Virus record (IMG/VR): IMGVR_UViG_2529292734_000008
Location: 1-7,538 of that record
DNA length: 7,538 nt
Source: a virus
Taxonomy: Duplodnaviria; Heunggongvirae; Uroviricota; Caudoviricetes
Strand: one strand, 5' to 3'
In this document: positions 6,116-7,538 of the stretch, one piece after another
Position numbering within the stretch: the first letter of the stretch is position 1
Layout of the letters: each line of letters starts with the position of its first letter
Translations under genes and position numbers: made by a program
The notes under the pieces: model-generated
What the model was told of the DNA's origin: nothing
Seen by the model: only the letters and a program-made list of their open reading frames with translations
The model's database searches: none

Positions 6116-6183
6116 AACTAAGGCACCGAACTAAGAAAAGTTTGGTGTTTTCTCTTGCCATAATAACTAAGTTAAGTTAGATT
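6116..6183 (+). promoter_or_regulatory. OL/PL-like element: repeated AACTAAG half-sites, a 14-bp operator-like site and a sigma70-like promoter pointing rightward
   Basis: AACTAAG at 6116-6122, 6129-6135 and 6165-6171. CTAAGTTAAGTTAG at 6167-6180 matches the OR motif. -35 TTGCCA (6155-6160), 17-bp spacer, -10 TAGATT (6178-6183). Confidence 0.45.
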
Positions 6184-6261
6184 TTATGTCAAAGATAACG
6201 AACAGGCAGGACGCCCACGAAGTAGCCGCCTGGGGCATATGAAGTCCAGGATGATTCGTTA

Positions 6262-6290
6262 GCAACAAAAAAGCGCCCTACAGGACGCTT
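6262..6290 (-). terminator. Intrinsic terminator-like hairpin with U-tract, minus-strand sense
   Basis: Minus-strand RNA would read AAGCGUCC-UGUA-GGGCGCUU followed by UUUUUUGUUG (stem 6271-6290, A-run 6267-6272 on plus). On the plus strand the same hairpin has a C-A mismatch and no downstream U-tract. Confidence 0.5.
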
Positions 6291-6291
6291 A

Positions 6292-6303
6292 GCTCTTTAA
6301 CAA
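6292..6303 (+). promoter_or_regulatory. boxA-like antitermination element (12/12 match to the rrn-type boxA core GCTCTTTAACAA)
   Basis: GCTCTTTAACAA at 6292-6303, immediately after a hairpin and about 45 nt upstream of the ATG of the first plus-strand gene downstream of the PL-like promoter. A weak AU-rich hairpin CAAGTAACTGATAACTTG follows at 6319-6336. Confidence 0.45.
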
Positions 6304-6348
6304 TCTGGTCCCCATCAACAAGTAACTGATAACTTGAGGAGATGTGAA

Positions 6349-6555
6349 ATGCACAAAACAGAACCCAAAATCGTCGCGCCTGGCTACACAGATGAGGAAA
6401 TTTATGAGTGGATGACAAAGAAGCTGGCAGCTATAAACCAGCTTCGTGAAGTGCTGTCTTATCGACAGGAAACAATAGACTCCTTAAAAAAACTGGATCA
6501 GGAAATCACGGTTTTATCACAGGATGTTACTTTAGATATTGTGCAGACAAATTAG
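6349..6555 (+). CDS. Hypothetical small protein (68 aa), first gene of the rightward PL-like transcript; AT-rich accessory gene
   Basis: ATG at 6349 preceded by a strong SD GAGGAG (6336-6341). The track ORF begins at an earlier in-frame ATG at 6334. The translation MHKTEPKIVAPGYTDEEIYEWMTKKLAAINQLREVLSYRQETIDSLKKLDQEITVLSQDVTLDIVQTN is predicted helical and acidic. No family recognised. Confidence 0.6.
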   Translation: MHKTEPKIVAPGYTDEEIYEWMTKKLAAINQLREVLSYRQETIDSLKKLDQEITVLSQDVTLDIVQTN

Positions 6556-6961
6556 GATCCCATTCATTTTCGTCAAAATCATCAAAGTGATGAATTTGTG
6601 ATCTCCAGTCTCGATAATCTAAAAATTTCTGGGCGGTTACGCTTATTTTATCAAGTGTGAGTTCATCCTGAATTGAAAGAAGAAGTTCATCAAATTTCAT
6701 CTCATTAATCTGTTTTGGCATCCAGTGATGCTTCATCAGAATAAGGTGAACCAGAGCCTTTTTCCCATTCAACTGATTATAGGGAGTGCCGAATTTCTTC
6801 CGGTGCTCATGTAAGACAAGGTCCAAAAGAGTAAGTAATGTTGCCCTTGATTCAACTTTGCTTATTTCGACTGATGACACTACCCCACTGATTTCAATGC
6901 CCCGATACTTTCCAACATTTTCACAGTGGGATTTGTACAGCGTATAGATATTACCGGACAT
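6527..6961 (-). CDS. Hypothetical protein (144 aa), moron-like accessory gene transcribed convergently to the PL-like operon
   Basis: ORF with SD AAGGA (revcomp of plus 6962-6975) upstream of ATG 6961. The region looks AT-rich compared with the flanking phage backbone. Its 3' end overlaps the 68-aa gene by 29 bp. No family recognised. Confidence 0.7.
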   Translation of the reverse strand: MSGNIYTLYKSHCENVGKYRGIEISGVVSSVEISKVESRATLLTLLDLVLHEHRKKFGTPYNQLNGKKALVHLILMKHHWMPKQINEMKFDELLLSIQDELTLDKISVTAQKFLDYRDWRSQIHHFDDFDENEWDPNLSAQYLK

Positions 6962-6976
6962 TTCTTTTCCTTTTGC

Positions 6977-7028
6977 GTTGTTGGGGATAACCAGATTAAC
7001 CGAATCCTTGTTGTTGGGGAATAACCAG
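6977..7028. repeat. Two 18-19 bp direct repeats GTTGTTGGGGA(A)TAACCAG separated by about 15 bp, in the upstream region of the 144-aa gene
   Basis: Copy 1 at 6977-6994 and copy 2 at 7010-7028, nearly identical, located 16-67 bp upstream of the minus-strand ATG at 6961. Confidence 0.5.
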
Positions 7029-7245
7029 GTCCACCTCGCCTGATGTGGCTAAAAGCAGGCACATAACAGCTAAGTATTTTCAACCAGAGAGAATCCTTAG
7101 CGTTGTGGTGAATGCGGCTCAGCGCACGCGGGTTAAGGTTGAGGCTGACAGTCGACCTTCTGTGGATACCCACCCGCCTGGTGTGCAACCTTCGCCAGGC
7201 ACCGGGAGGCACCCGGCACCACAACTTTATGCTGTGTGTAGTCTT

Positions 7246-7292
7246 GGCGGTACCAGCTTGTACCCTTGCTTCCGGCTGGTACCGTCCTTTTT
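7246..7292 (+). terminator. Rho-independent terminator-like hairpin (10-bp perfect stem CGGTACCAGC/GCTGGTACCG, 17-nt loop, T5 tract)
   Basis: Stem 7248-7257 pairs with 7275-7284, followed by TTTTT at 7288-7292 on the plus strand. Confidence 0.6.
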
Positions 7293-7297
7293 ACAAA

Positions 7298-7379
7298 ACA
7301 GAGAAGAGCATCACCGGACGACGGGCTCATAACCCAATCCATCCGGGCGGCAGTCACCGCAGGTGTTCTTCTCTGTTTT
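7298..7379 (+). other. Long-range helix (about 15 bp including G-U pairs) enclosing about 49 nt, followed by a UUU run; structured leader element
   Basis: 7298-7312 pairs with 7362-7376 (ACAGAGAAGAGCATC / GGTGTTCTTCTCTGT). It lies about 50 nt upstream of the next gene's ATG. Confidence 0.35.
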
Positions 7380-7429
7380 GTGGAGAAACTAACCGACCTT
7401 GCAGGGTCGATATGATGAGGAGCAGCAAA

Positions 7430-7538
7430 ATGGCTAGCGAACGCAGTACTGATGTGCAGGCATTTATCGGGGAGCTGGACGGCGGCGTATTTGAAACCAA
7501 AATCGGCGCAGTTCTCAGTGAAGTCGCTTCCGGTGTGA
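7430..7538 (+). CDS. Hypothetical protein, 5' partial view (continues beyond window end)
   Basis: ATG 7430 with SD GAGGAG (7417-7422) 8 nt upstream. Translation MASERSTDVQAFIGELDGGVFETKIGAVLSEVASGV... is open to the window end. No family recognised. Confidence 0.55.
   Translation, partial: MASERSTDVQAFIGELDGGVFETKIGAVLSEVASGV

Noticed and set aside
6334-6348. Upstream in-frame ATG at 6334 as the start of the 68-aa gene
   Set aside because: The SD GAGGAG lies between this ATG and the one at 6349, so 6349 is the better-supported start.
6349-6555. The 68-aa gene as a lambda N antiterminator analogue
   Set aside because: It occupies the N position downstream of the boxA, but it is acidic and helical, lacks an arginine-rich RNA-binding motif, and is shorter than known N proteins.
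7045-7357. ORFs 7045-7332 (plus) and 7133-7357 (minus), and the open frame running from about 7112 into the final gene
   Set aside because: Translations are Pro/Gly/Arg/Cys-rich. They span terminator hairpins and lack an RBS. The downstream gene has a clear SD plus ATG at 7430.
7040-7400. tRNA, retron msr-msd or CRISPR interpretation of the GC-rich structured region
   Set aside because: There is no T-arm-like GGTTCGA motif or cloverleaf, no adjacent reverse transcriptase or cas genes, and no regularly spaced repeats. The inverted repeats enclose too little sequence for a retron ncRNA.

Overview
This window reads as the early/immunity region of a lambdoid prophage from an enterobacterial (E. 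coli-like) genome, with a partial IS66-family insertion sequence at the left edge. On the minus strand a tightly coupled operon runs cro-like -> cII-like -> two small hypothetical genes -> replication initiator (iteron-type origin embedded in its linker codons) -> winged-helix/PerC-like regulator -> phage N6-adenine methyltransferase -> LexA-N-terminal-domain-only protein -> RusA resolvase. The IS66 element (tnpA-tnpB-tnpC, minus strand) sits about 30 bp past the rusA stop. A CI-type repressor (HTH + S24 peptidase) is divergently transcribed on the plus strand, and the same 14-bp inverted-repeat motif (CTAAG-N4-CTTAG) appears both in the cro/cI intergenic region and downstream of cI. Past cI lies a visibly AT-rich accessory pocket: an rrn-type boxA, a 68-aa gene, and a convergent, overlapping 144-aa gene with its own RBS, upstream direct repeats and a downstream terminator. 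Then comes a GC-rich, hairpin-dense non-coding stretch and the start of another plus-strand gene. Several genes (cI, IS66 tnpC, possibly tnpA, one small phage gene) show single-base frame breaks, mostly at homopolymer runs, so this is either a decaying cryptic prophage or a sequence with homopolymer consensus errors. All protein family calls are from reading the translations and from memory of these families; no database search was run.
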